Source: an uncultured Chryseobacterium sp. (lineage in GTDB: Bacteria; Bacteroidota; Bacteroidia; Flavobacteriales_F; PHOS-HE28). From it: a stretch of DNA of 64,000 nt. Below the pieces are notes generated by a model. It was not told where the DNA came from. It was given only the letters and a program-made list of their open reading frames with translations, and did not search any database. The stretch spans positions 16,533 to 80,532 of the forward strand of contig CAZYPC010000005.1 in assembly GCA_964649165.1 (NCBI GenBank), read 5' to 3'. Shown here piece after piece: positions 39,087 to 47,720 of the stretch. The position numbers and the translations under genes were made by a program. Every line of letters starts with the position of its first letter. Within the stretch, counting starts at the first letter, position 1.

Positions 39087-40469
39087 ATGGCGCTTACCTG
39101 GTCGCACATCCGCGCTCCGATCGGTCTGCTCCTCTTGCTGGCCGCGTGCAAGAAGGAACCCGAGCCCTGGTCGGGAGCTGAGGAGCATCCATGGATGAGC
39201 GGTGGCGCACAGACCGTCTTCGATGCCGGCGCCGGTGCTTTCGGGCACGCGTTCCCCGCAATGAGCGGCGCGGCACTTGAGCTGCATGGGATCGGCGACC
39301 TCCAGTTCGAGCAGACGTTCGTGAGCGCGCCCGCACCGCTCAACCCCGGGCTCGGGCCATTGTTCAACAGCGTGAGCTGCACAAGCTGCCACGTAGGGGA
39401 TGGCCGCGGGAAACCCCCATCCGACGGTGAACAGCCGATCAGCATGCTCTTCCGCTTGAGCGTACCCGGAGCTGATGTGCACGGTGGACCGATGCCGGCT
39501 CCGGGGTATGGTGGGCAATTGCAGCCCCGCGCCATCTTTGGTGCACAGCCGGAAGCCTTGGTCTCCATCTCCTGGCACGAAGAGCCGGTCACTCTTCAGG
39601 ATGGCCTTGTGGTGAACTTGCGGTCCCCACAGTTCTCGTTCAGCAGTCCTTACACCCCTTTCCCTGCCGACCTGTTGTCATCGCCTCGTGTGGCCCCTCC
39701 TGTTTTCGGACTAGGCCTGTTGGAGGCCGTGGCGGAGGAGGACATCCGTGGTCGGGCCGATGAAGCGGACAACGACAACGATGGGATCAGTGGCAAAGCC
39801 AACACCGTTTGGGATCTGGTGGCCGAGCGCGAAGCCCTCGGTCGGTTCGGGTGGAAGGCCGAGCAACCCTCGCTTCTTCAGCAGAGTGCCGGAGCGTACA
39901 ATGAGGACATGGGCGTCACGTCGCCGGTCTTCCCATCAGAAAGCGCTTTCGGGCAGCCCCAGTATGACGGTCTACAGGACGATTTTGAGCTCACCGACAG
40001 CATCCTGCACGCCGTTGCGTTCTACGTGCGCACGTTGGCCGTTCCCGCTCGGCGTAACGTGGAGAATGAACAGGTACTGCACGGCCAGGAGCTCTTCGTC
40101 TCAGCCAGGTGCGACCGGTGCCATGTTCCCGAACAACGCACATCGGTGAACGTGGCGTTCCCACCGCTGAGCAACTTGCGGATATTCCCCTACACCGACC
40201 TGCTGTTGCACGACATGGGCCCGGCACTGAGCGATAATCGACCGACTTACCGGGCGGAAGGGGAGGAATGGCGAACTCCGCCGCTGTGGGGCATCGGACT
40301 CACGCAGGTGGTGAACGGCCACCAGAACTTCCTGCACGACGGCCGCGCACGCTCGATGCTCGAGGCTATCCTCTGGCATGGTGGCGAGGCTCAACAGAGC
40401 TGCGATGCCGTGCGCATGATGACCACAAGTGAACGCGAGGCGCTCCTCGCCTTCCTCAACGCGCTTTGA
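39087..40469 (+). CDS. Di-haem cytochrome c peroxidase-like protein (DUF1111, 'thiol oxidoreductase' family), lipoprotein
   Basis: ATG at 39087, 2 nt after the imelysin stop. Lipobox LLLLAACKKE. Two CxxCH haem motifs (CTSCH, CDRCH). The C-terminal block FLHDGRARSMLEAILWHGGEA is typical of this family. Confidence 0.8.
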   Translation: MALTWSHIRAPIGLLLLLAACKKEPEPWSGAEEHPWMSGGAQTVFDAGAGAFGHAFPAMSGAALELHGIGDLQFEQTFVSAPAPLNPGLGPLFNSVSCTSCHVGDGRGKPPSDGEQPISMLFRLSVPGADVHGGPMPAPGYGGQLQPRAIFGAQPEALVSISWHEEPVTLQDGLVVNLRSPQFSFSSPYTPFPADLLSSPRVAPPVFGLGLLEAVAEEDIRGRADEADNDNDGISGKANTVWDLVAEREALGRFGWKAEQPSLLQQSAGAYNEDMGVTSPVFPSESAFGQPQYDGLQDDFELTDSILHAVAFYVRTLAVPARRNVENEQVLHGQELFVSARCDRCHVPEQRTSVNVAFPPLSNLRIFPYTDLLLHDMGPALSDNRPTYRAEGEEWRTPPLWGIGLTQVVNGHQNFLHDGRARSMLEAILWHGGEAQQSCDAVRMMTTSEREALLAFLNAL

Positions 40470-41061
40470 CCCGCGTTCCTCCGCCATCGAGCTTTTCGAT
40501 GACGGCTGCCAGATGCTGGCGCTTGACGGGTTCCCGAACGAGTTTGCTGCGCTTGGTGAAATAGCGGTGCTTCTCCAGGAAGCGCACTTGCAATTCGTTC
40601 CATTCACGTTCCGTGCTCAACACACCGTAGCGCTTGAACTCATTGAACAAGGTGGCGCCGATGCGGAAAAAATCCGGGCGGCCGAGATAGTCCAGATCAG
40701 CATCGCACAGGATGCGGGCGAGTTCGTCCGTGGGGTCCTGAGGGATCTTGGTCGCCATGATCATCGTGCAGATGCGCTCGATATGCGCTGGGGAATATCC
40801 GAATGCCGGAAGGGTCTCACGGGCAATGCCACAACTACCTTTCTCATGCTCATCATCCTGGATGAGGAAGCCCGAATCGTGGAACAACGCGGCGGTCTTC
40901 AACAGATCGAGATCCTCGCCGCTCACACCTTCTGCCGCAGCGATGGTGATGGCAGTCCTGTACACATCAAGCGTATGGTCATAACAGTGATAGCTGCGGT
41001 TCGCCGGAAGGCCTTCTCGCAGCCTCGCAAGGATGTGGACTTCTGCCGCTTGCGGATCCAT
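40456..41061 (-). CDS. HD-domain metal-dependent phosphohydrolase
   Basis: 201 aa. YHCYDHTLDV (H...HD) and AALFHDSGF blocks. The 3' end overlaps the convergent DUF1111 gene by 14 nt. Confidence 0.75.
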   Translation of the reverse strand: MDPQAAEVHILARLREGLPANRSYHCYDHTLDVYRTAITIAAAEGVSGEDLDLLKTAALFHDSGFLIQDDEHEKGSCGIARETLPAFGYSPAHIERICTMIMATKIPQDPTDELARILCDADLDYLGRPDFFRIGATLFNEFKRYGVLSTEREWNELQVRFLEKHRYFTKRSKLVREPVKRQHLAAVIEKLDGGGTRVKAR

Positions 41062-41123
41062 GATATCGGAACGCTGGCAATATAGCCGGAGGTGTGCCTG
41101 AGAGGGTCATACTTTTGGGTGAC

Positions 41124-42101
41124 ATGCCATCCTTGACGGGTCCCGGAAAGACCAGCCGACCCTTCACCCCCTTGCTCTTGTTCGGTCTCGTAGGGGGCTA
41201 CATCGTGCTACAGTTCACGTGGTGGGCGTGGCTCCTTGTGGACAAGGACCAATGGGTACAGGCGCTACAAGCCCAGTTGCTCACCGAAGGGCTTGATCCG
41301 GTCGTTCAGGTCAGGGCACCTGACCGCACGATTTGGATGGTGGCTGGAGAGGGCGGCGTTTTCCTCGCGCTGCTCTTGCTCGCGCTCTGGTTGATCTTCC
41401 GTACTGTGAGGCATGAGCTCAACCTCGCGCGCCAGCAAAGGGACTTCCTGTTGGCCGCGAGCCATGAACTGCGAACACCCATCGCCGGCCTGAAACTTCA
41501 TCTGCGCACGTTGGAACGCCCGGACCTTGGCCCACCACAGCGGGCGGAGTTGACCAAGCACGTTCATACAGAGGTGGAGCGGCTCCAGGGGCTTACGGAA
41601 AAGATCCTTCTGGCGACCCGGTTGGACGAGCCTCGGATCCCATTGGAACGCATCAGCACAGATGTCGCCCCACTTCTGCAAAGCGTGCTGGTCAATGCGC
41701 GCTCCAGCTATGGACGCGACCGGGAACTGACACTGGAAGCCCCGAACCCCGCGATACTGGATACCGATGCCGATGCGTTCCGTTCCGTGGCCACCAACCT
41801 GCTTGAAAATGCCTGCAAATACGCTCCAGGGCCCTCTCCCATCCGGGTGCGGCTTCTTACCACTGACCATGGATGGGAGTTGCAGGTCGTGGACCAAGGA
41901 CCGGGCATTCCGAAAGAAGAAGTGGGGCTCGTTTTCCAGAAATTCCATCGAGGTGGTTCCGAAGAGACCCGGGGAGCCAAGGGCACCGGACTCGGCCTCT
42001 ACATCGTTGAGCGCCTGATGTGGGGTTTGGGAGGGCGTATCGAGTATCGGCAACGCCCCGGCGGCGGGTCTATTTTCGCGGCCTCATTCCCGCAACATTG
42101 A
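41124..42101 (+). CDS. Sensor histidine kinase (two TM segments, short periplasmic loop) with no adjacent response regulator
   Basis: H-box SHELRTPIAGL, N-box LLENACKYA, G1 VVDQGPGIP and G2 GTGLGLYIV. The ATG at 41124 is preferred over the GTG at 41094. Confidence 0.85.
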   Translation: MPSLTGPGKTSRPFTPLLLFGLVGGYIVLQFTWWAWLLVDKDQWVQALQAQLLTEGLDPVVQVRAPDRTIWMVAGEGGVFLALLLLALWLIFRTVRHELNLARQQRDFLLAASHELRTPIAGLKLHLRTLERPDLGPPQRAELTKHVHTEVERLQGLTEKILLATRLDEPRIPLERISTDVAPLLQSVLVNARSSYGRDRELTLEAPNPAILDTDADAFRSVATNLLENACKYAPGPSPIRVRLLTTDHGWELQVVDQGPGIPKEEVGLVFQKFHRGGSEETRGAKGTGLGLYIVERLMWGLGGRIEYRQRPGGGSIFAASFPQH

Positions 42102-43630
42102 AAGAAAGCCACAAGGCGGCATTGCTCATCCTGGACGGGTGGGGTATCGGCGCCGGTGACCGAACCGACGCGATCGCCCAAGCACATACCCCGTTCATGG
42201 ACAGCCTGATGTCCATGACCCCGCATGCCCGCCTGTTGACCCATGGGGAGCATGTCGGATTACCGGAAGGCCAGATGGGGAACAGCGAGGTCGGACACTT
42301 GAACATCGGTGCGGGTCGTGTGGTTTATCAGGAACTCGTGCGGATCGACAGGGCCGTTTCGGATGGCTCACTCGAGCAGAACCGAACATTGCTGGAAGCG
42401 TTCGCGGAAGCGGGAAAGCCAGGTAAGCAGCTGCACCTCATGGGGCTGATCGGCCATGGCGGGGTGCACGCCATGCAACGCCACCTGACGGCCCTGTGCC
42501 GCATGGCCGGGCGGGCCGGGCTGAAGGATGTCTTCATCCATGCGTTCACCGATGGACGGGATACGGATCCGAAGAGCGCCTTGGGCTTCGCCCGGGATCT
42601 GGAGAATGAGATACGGGGTACGTCCGTGCGCATCGCTTCGATCTGCGGGCGCTATTTCGCCATGGACCGTGACAAGCGGTGGGAGCGCGTGAGAAAGGCC
42701 TACGACCTGCTCGTTCATGGCACCGGCCAGCGGGCCGTGAGCGTTACCGCTGCCATCGAAGAGAGCTATGCGAGCGGAGTGACCGATGAGTTCATCGAAC
42801 CGTGCGCGATCGTCGGCGAGGATGGCGGCCCAATGGCCCGCATACGCCCGGGTGATGTCGTTATCTGCTTCAATTTCCGCACGGACCGTTGCCGGGAGAT
42901 CACTGAAGCGCTCACCCAACGACCGTTCCCCGAGCACGGCATGGCGCCGCTGCCCCTGCACTACGTGACGATGACGGAGTACGACAGCACCTTTAGCGGC
43001 GTACACGTCATTTTCCACAAGGACAACCTGTCCATGACGATCGGCGAGGTGGTATCTCGATCGGGCCGCAGGCAGATCCGTATCGCGGAAACGGAGAAAT
43101 ATCCGCACGTCACGTTCTTCTTCAACGGTGGCCGGGAAAAGCCGTTCGAGGGCGAACAGCGCATCATGGTGCCTTCGCCGAAAGTGGCCACCTATGACCT
43201 TCAGCCGGAAATGAGCGCGGTAGGAATAACCGATGCGATCGTGCAAGAGATCACCACCGGCGACGCGGGATTCATCTGTTTGAACTTCGCCAACCCCGAC
43301 ATGGTGGGGCACACCGGCGTATTCCCGGCGATCGTCAGAGCCGTGGAGACCACGGATGCCTGCGCGCGCCGCGTTGTGGAAGCCGGTCGGGCCAGAGGCT
43401 GGAGTTTCGTCATCATCGCCGATCACGGGAATGCTGACAAGGCCTTGAACGCCGACGGTACACCCAACACAGCCCATACGACGAATCCGGTACCTGTATT
43501 CGTGCTGGACGACCGGCCATGGAAGCTGCACGATGGCGTGCTGGCCGACGTCGCTCCAACCTTGTTGCAACTGATGGGGATCCCACAACCACCGGAGATG
43601 ACCGGGCGCTCGTTGCTCAGCGCCTCGTAG
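42098..43630 (+). CDS. gpmI: 2,3-bisphosphoglycerate-independent phosphoglycerate mutase
   Basis: LLILDGWG, NSEVGHLNIGAGR, HLMGLIGHGGVH, FTDGRDT, ADHGNA. The conserved N-terminus begins right after a TTG at 42098, which overlaps the kinase stop (TTGA). The track start (GTG at 42020) would add a 26-aa non-conserved Arg-rich extension. Confidence 0.9.
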   Translation: MKESHKAALLILDGWGIGAGDRTDAIAQAHTPFMDSLMSMTPHARLLTHGEHVGLPEGQMGNSEVGHLNIGAGRVVYQELVRIDRAVSDGSLEQNRTLLEAFAEAGKPGKQLHLMGLIGHGGVHAMQRHLTALCRMAGRAGLKDVFIHAFTDGRDTDPKSALGFARDLENEIRGTSVRIASICGRYFAMDRDKRWERVRKAYDLLVHGTGQRAVSVTAAIEESYASGVTDEFIEPCAIVGEDGGPMARIRPGDVVICFNFRTDRCREITEALTQRPFPEHGMAPLPLHYVTMTEYDSTFSGVHVIFHKDNLSMTIGEVVSRSGRRQIRIAETEKYPHVTFFFNGGREKPFEGEQRIMVPSPKVATYDLQPEMSAVGITDAIVQEITTGDAGFICLNFANPDMVGHTGVFPAIVRAVETTDACARRVVEAGRARGWSFVIIADHGNADKALNADGTPNTAHTTNPVPVFVLDDRPWKLHDGVLADVAPTLLQLMGIPQPPEMTGRSLLSAS

Positions 43631-43639
43631 TTCTTCGCG

Positions 43640-45271
43640 CTACTGCCGACGACCGTTGCTCAGAATGGTCACATGACCCGTATACGGTTCGGGGGAACTG
43701 TTCACCACCACTTCATAGAAGTAAGTGCCGTCACTGACATCATTCGCCGCCCACGTGTTCCTGTAATTGTTGGACTCGAAGACCATCTGCCCCCAGCGGT
43801 TGAAAATGCGGACCGTGTTCGTGGTCCCGAGTATGCCCTCGATAACGAAGCGGTCGTTCTCCCCATCGCCGTTCGGGCTGAACACGTTGGGGATCCCTAT
43901 CTCACAACCGCTGTTGACGGTGACCGTGGCGGTTCCCAGCTTTTCACACTCGTCACTAACCGTGAGACCGTAACTGCCGTTCACCAGGCCATAGGCGTAG
44001 AAAGCCGTGGAAGTGCCGCCACTGGTCCAGAGAAAGGAAAGATCACCGAAACCACCCGTGGCCTGCGCGGAGACAAGCACGCTGTCCTGATCGCAGTGGA
44101 GGAAAAGATCCTCCGCTGTGATGTCGATGGGCACATACTCCCGCACCAGCACGCTGGCGGTGCTGGTGGAAGTGTCACCGCAGGCGTTCACATAGACCGC
44201 GGTAAGCGTGATCTGTTCATCACCTTCCGGCGTGTTGTCCTCAAAAGCCTCCACCGGATAGGTCACGCTGTTCTGCCCTGCCGGGATCGTGATCACCGTC
44301 GGGATCTGCGTGTAGTCGGTGCCATTCGTCGCCGAACCGCCCACCTGCACGGTGATCTCCAGGTCCGATTGATCTCCAGGTCGTGAAATGGTGAAGGTCG
44401 CATCGGAGCATCCTTCGGTGAGCGTGCCGTCGGCGCTCGCGGTGACCAGCTCGAGTTCGACAGCATTAGGACTGCTGAAGCTGCCACCCTCCAGGAATAC
44501 ACTGCTATCCAGGATGGGATCACCGGCGTCAGCGATGGCGATCTTGATGTGATAAGGCTGGCCGCATTGCACCAAGGCCCGCGCTGTGAGCGGCACGGTG
44601 AATCCATCGAACTGGATGTACTGGGGATCGGCGTTGAACGGTGCCGTGAAACCATCCCCGTTGTCCACGTAGAACGCAGGGTTGGCCACATCGTTCACAT
44701 TGTCTATGGAGACGGGCTGAGAGGTGCCGGGCACCAAGGCGATATTGGCGGCATTGTTCGAGTACGGTCCGGAGATGCCAGGGCCGCTCAGGAAGAACCC
44801 GAACACGTCGTTGAAGCCCGCACTGACCCACTCAAGGTACTCTTCGGAGCCGAAGACATAGTTGAACCGGAGCGAATCGCCGGCAGGAACGAAATCGAAT
44901 TCCAGCACGGCCCGGTCGAACGTGGTGGAGTTGCTCGCGAGATCCAGGTCGGCATCATTGGGTCCTCCTGGAGTGCCCAGCGTGGCCGCACCATCGGCGT
45001 TAGGGCCCAGGGCCACCCCGATATCCCCGCTGCTCAGGGTAAGCCCCAGAGGGAGTCCGACATTGCAGGCCGTGCCATCGAAACTGCCGATCTGGATGTT
45101 GGTCTGGTCCGCCGGCTGCCCATTGAAGGTGATGTTGCTCACGGTGACACCACCACCGAGCAACACATCTTCAACAAGCTGCTGTACGGTAATGGTATTG
45201 TTCACCACGAGTTGGGCATGAGCGCCGGCGGCGGCTACTACCAGGACGGCGAATGTGGTATGACGGGTCAT
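43640..45271 (-). CDS. Surface protein paralogue A: choice-of-anchor-L-like head, one Calx-beta-like domain, one SprB-type Ig repeat and a CHU_C (T9SS type B) C-terminal domain
   Basis: 543 aa. Signal peptide MTRHTTFAVLVVAAAGAHAQ. Head blocks LEFDFVPAGDSLRFNYVFGSEEYLEW, FNDVFGFFLSGPGISGPYSNNA and DAGDPILDSSVFLEGGSF. Calx-beta-like GGSATNGTDY. Tail PNVFSPNGDGENDRFVI...IFNRWGQMVFES...GTYFYEV...GHVTIL (gliding-motility-associated C-terminal domain, TIGR04131 type). Confidence 0.85.
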   Translation of the reverse strand: MTRHTTFAVLVVAAAGAHAQLVVNNTITVQQLVEDVLLGGGVTVSNITFNGQPADQTNIQIGSFDGTACNVGLPLGLTLSSGDIGVALGPNADGAATLGTPGGPNDADLDLASNSTTFDRAVLEFDFVPAGDSLRFNYVFGSEEYLEWVSAGFNDVFGFFLSGPGISGPYSNNAANIALVPGTSQPVSIDNVNDVANPAFYVDNGDGFTAPFNADPQYIQFDGFTVPLTARALVQCGQPYHIKIAIADAGDPILDSSVFLEGGSFSSPNAVELELVTASADGTLTEGCSDATFTISRPGDQSDLEITVQVGGSATNGTDYTQIPTVITIPAGQNSVTYPVEAFEDNTPEGDEQITLTAVYVNACGDTSTSTASVLVREYVPIDITAEDLFLHCDQDSVLVSAQATGGFGDLSFLWTSGGTSTAFYAYGLVNGSYGLTVSDECEKLGTATVTVNSGCEIGIPNVFSPNGDGENDRFVIEGILGTTNTVRIFNRWGQMVFESNNYRNTWAANDVSDGTYFYEVVVNSSPEPYTGHVTILSNGRRQ

Positions 45272-45430
45272 TGGTCGGAGAGCTCCCTGCTGATGTCTTC
45301 CAGGCCGCTCCCTTCACTGACGGTCATCGAGGAACCAGCGACGCCCGGAACCTCAACGCCGGCATATATCAGCCATGGTGGACCTGAAGGGGGTGGAGCT
45401 GGACGACCCCATGGCCAGGTCACAAAAAGA

Positions 45431-45460
45431 AGCCCGCTTCCGCGGGCTTCTCACATTCAA
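45431..45460 (-). terminator. Rho-independent terminator downstream of paralogue B
   Basis: On the minus strand: gaagcccgc-ggaa-gcgggcttc, a perfect 9-bp stem, followed by TTTTTGTG. It begins about 10 nt after the stop at 45471. Confidence 0.75.
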
Positions 45461-45470
45461 GTTGACTGGA

Positions 45471-47678
45471 TCACGGACGCCGCGTGTTGCTCAGCACGGT
45501 GACGTGCCCGGTGTACGGATCAGGCTCGCGATCCACTTTCACTTCATAGAAGTAAGTACCATCAGGCAATCCGGGTGCACGCCAGTCGTTCTGGTAATTC
45601 TGCTTCTCATAGACCACCTGCCCCCAACGGTTGTAGATCCGGACGGTGCTCCGTGAGGCCAGGATGCCCTGGATAAAGAACACATCATTCTCCCCATCAC
45701 CATTGGGGCTGATGACGTTGGGAACGATGATGGCGCACTGCGGGTCGACGATGACATTGACGGAAGCGGTGTGTCCGCAATCATCGATCACCGAGACCTG
45801 GTAGGTACCATCGACCGAATTGGACGCATAGCTCACAGGGCCGATGTATCCATTGCTCCAGGATACCTGCAACGGGTCCACGCCACCCGAAGCATCGGCC
45901 GTCAACGGTATGCTATCAACACCACAAGGAATGATCAGCAACTCCTCCGTCGTGAGCTGGAGAGGTGGGGAGTCGACAATGAGGCTGTTCACGGTGTCGC
46001 TTACGACCTGTTGGCAGGCGTTACTGTAGCTGACCGCGATGGACAGTGGCTCAGCCCCTTCGTCCGAGTTGTCCTCGGTCGGCGCGATCTCGGCATTCAC
46101 GGTGCCGCTGCCCCCGGGTATGATCATCGGTTCGGGGAAGGGATAGTCACTACCGGCCTGGGCGGTGCCCAGATGCCCGATCGACACCAGCAGGTCACCA
46201 CTTGTACCGGAGGGACGGGTGATCACCAGGTTCGCGTTGTCACATCCCTCGATCAAGGGGTCGGGTCCGGTGAGTGTTGCGGTGATGGGCGGAGGGGGGG
46301 AAAGCTCGACAGCGAAGAAGCCCGTGGTCTGCACGCCACAGGTATCGGTCACTTGCACGTACACATCGCTCACGGTGGTGGGCGTGTAGTAAATGGAATC
46401 GGCTGTTTCACCCGTGGGGGTCCAAAGCAGGTTGTATGCTCCATACCCGCCGGTGACCGTGGGCGCGAGCTGCACGCTCTCTCCACAATCGATCATGAAC
46501 GCATCCCCGATGGCGATCAGCGGATCCGGTTCGTCGATGAAGAAGTGGAACGTGATCTCCAGGGAATCGGCCGCACAGGGAGACTCGGAGATCATGGTGA
46601 TATCGATGGTTTCCACATCATCCGCGTCGATCGGGGCGCTGAGGGAGAAGGGTATGGTCGTCTGGAACGGCGCGAAGTCGAGTTGCGTGGGGAAAGGCGG
46701 CGAGTAGTCCACCCCGGGAACAGCTGTACCGCCCACTTCGATGTTCACCGTAGCGGCGAAGGTGGAATCCCCGACGCGCGTGAAGAGGAAATCAACAGCG
46801 AAGCAGCTTTCCAGGATGGTATTGGCGCCAACGATGCCAGGTCCGGGCTGGAGGTCAGGAACGAACGGCGCGCTGGTGAAGCTCCCTCCTTCGAGGAATA
46901 CCACACTGTCGTAGGCGGTGTCCCCTGCATCGCCGACGGCGATCTTGATATGGTGCACTTCGCCGCAAGTGACCGCAGCACGGGCGGTCAGTCGCACGGT
47001 CATGCCATCGTATTGGACATACGTGGGATCGGTGCTGAAAGGCGTAGTGAAGCCATCCCCGTTGTTGACGTAGAACTCGGGGTAGGAGACATCGTTCACG
47101 TTGTTGATGGCGATCGCCTGGGTCGTTCCTGGAATGAGGGCGATATTGATGGAGTTGTTGCTGTAGGGACCATTGATGTTGGGACCGCTGAGGAAGAATC
47201 CGAAAACATCATTGAACGAGGAGTTCACGAACTCGAGGTACTCGTCAGAGCCGAACACGAAGTCGAACTGGATGGAGTCGCCGATGGGTATGAAGTCGAA
47301 CTCCAGCACGGCGGCGTCGTTGATGGTCGCATTACTCCCGATGGCCACCAGATCCGGGTCGGATTGACCGAACATGCCACCACCCGTGGTGCTGGCTCCG
47401 GCATCGTTAGGGCCCTCTGCATTCAGGACACTACCGGTGGCGAGCAGGATCCCGCTATCAATGCCCACGTTACAGTTGACGCCATTGAAGGAGCCAGCCT
47501 GTTCGGTGAGCGTGGTGCCGGGCAGACCGTTGAAGGTGATATTACTTACCTGTACGCCGGAGCCAAGGAGCACGTCTTGCACCAACTGCTCGGGAGTGAG
47601 GGTCTGGTCGATGACGATCTGTGCCCGGAGCCCGGTGGCGGCAAAAAGGCAGAGCAGTGTAATGGTCGACTTGTTCAT
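45471..47678 (-). CDS. Surface protein paralogue B: choice-of-anchor-L-like head, two Calx-beta-like domains, SprB-type repeats and a CHU_C tail
   Basis: 735 aa. Signal MNKSTITLLCLFAATGLRAQ. The same head blocks as A (LEFDFIPIGDSIQFDFVFGSDEYLEF, FNDVFGFFLSGPNINGPYSNNS). Calx-beta-like GGTAVPGVDY and GTAQAGSDY. The CHU_C tail is closest to paralogue A. Confidence 0.85.
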   Translation of the reverse strand: MNKSTITLLCLFAATGLRAQIVIDQTLTPEQLVQDVLLGSGVQVSNITFNGLPGTTLTEQAGSFNGVNCNVGIDSGILLATGSVLNAEGPNDAGASTTGGGMFGQSDPDLVAIGSNATINDAAVLEFDFIPIGDSIQFDFVFGSDEYLEFVNSSFNDVFGFFLSGPNINGPYSNNSINIALIPGTTQAIAINNVNDVSYPEFYVNNGDGFTTPFSTDPTYVQYDGMTVRLTARAAVTCGEVHHIKIAVGDAGDTAYDSVVFLEGGSFTSAPFVPDLQPGPGIVGANTILESCFAVDFLFTRVGDSTFAATVNIEVGGTAVPGVDYSPPFPTQLDFAPFQTTIPFSLSAPIDADDVETIDITMISESPCAADSLEITFHFFIDEPDPLIAIGDAFMIDCGESVQLAPTVTGGYGAYNLLWTPTGETADSIYYTPTTVSDVYVQVTDTCGVQTTGFFAVELSPPPPITATLTGPDPLIEGCDNANLVITRPSGTSGDLLVSIGHLGTAQAGSDYPFPEPMIIPGGSGTVNAEIAPTEDNSDEGAEPLSIAVSYSNACQQVVSDTVNSLIVDSPPLQLTTEELLIIPCGVDSIPLTADASGGVDPLQVSWSNGYIGPVSYASNSVDGTYQVSVIDDCGHTASVNVIVDPQCAIIVPNVISPNGDGENDVFFIQGILASRSTVRIYNRWGQVVYEKQNYQNDWRAPGLPDGTYFYEVKVDREPDPYTGHVTVLSNTRRP

Positions 47679-47720
47679 TGGAAAATGCCGCTTCCGGCAC
47701 TTGGGTTGATCATTGTCATC

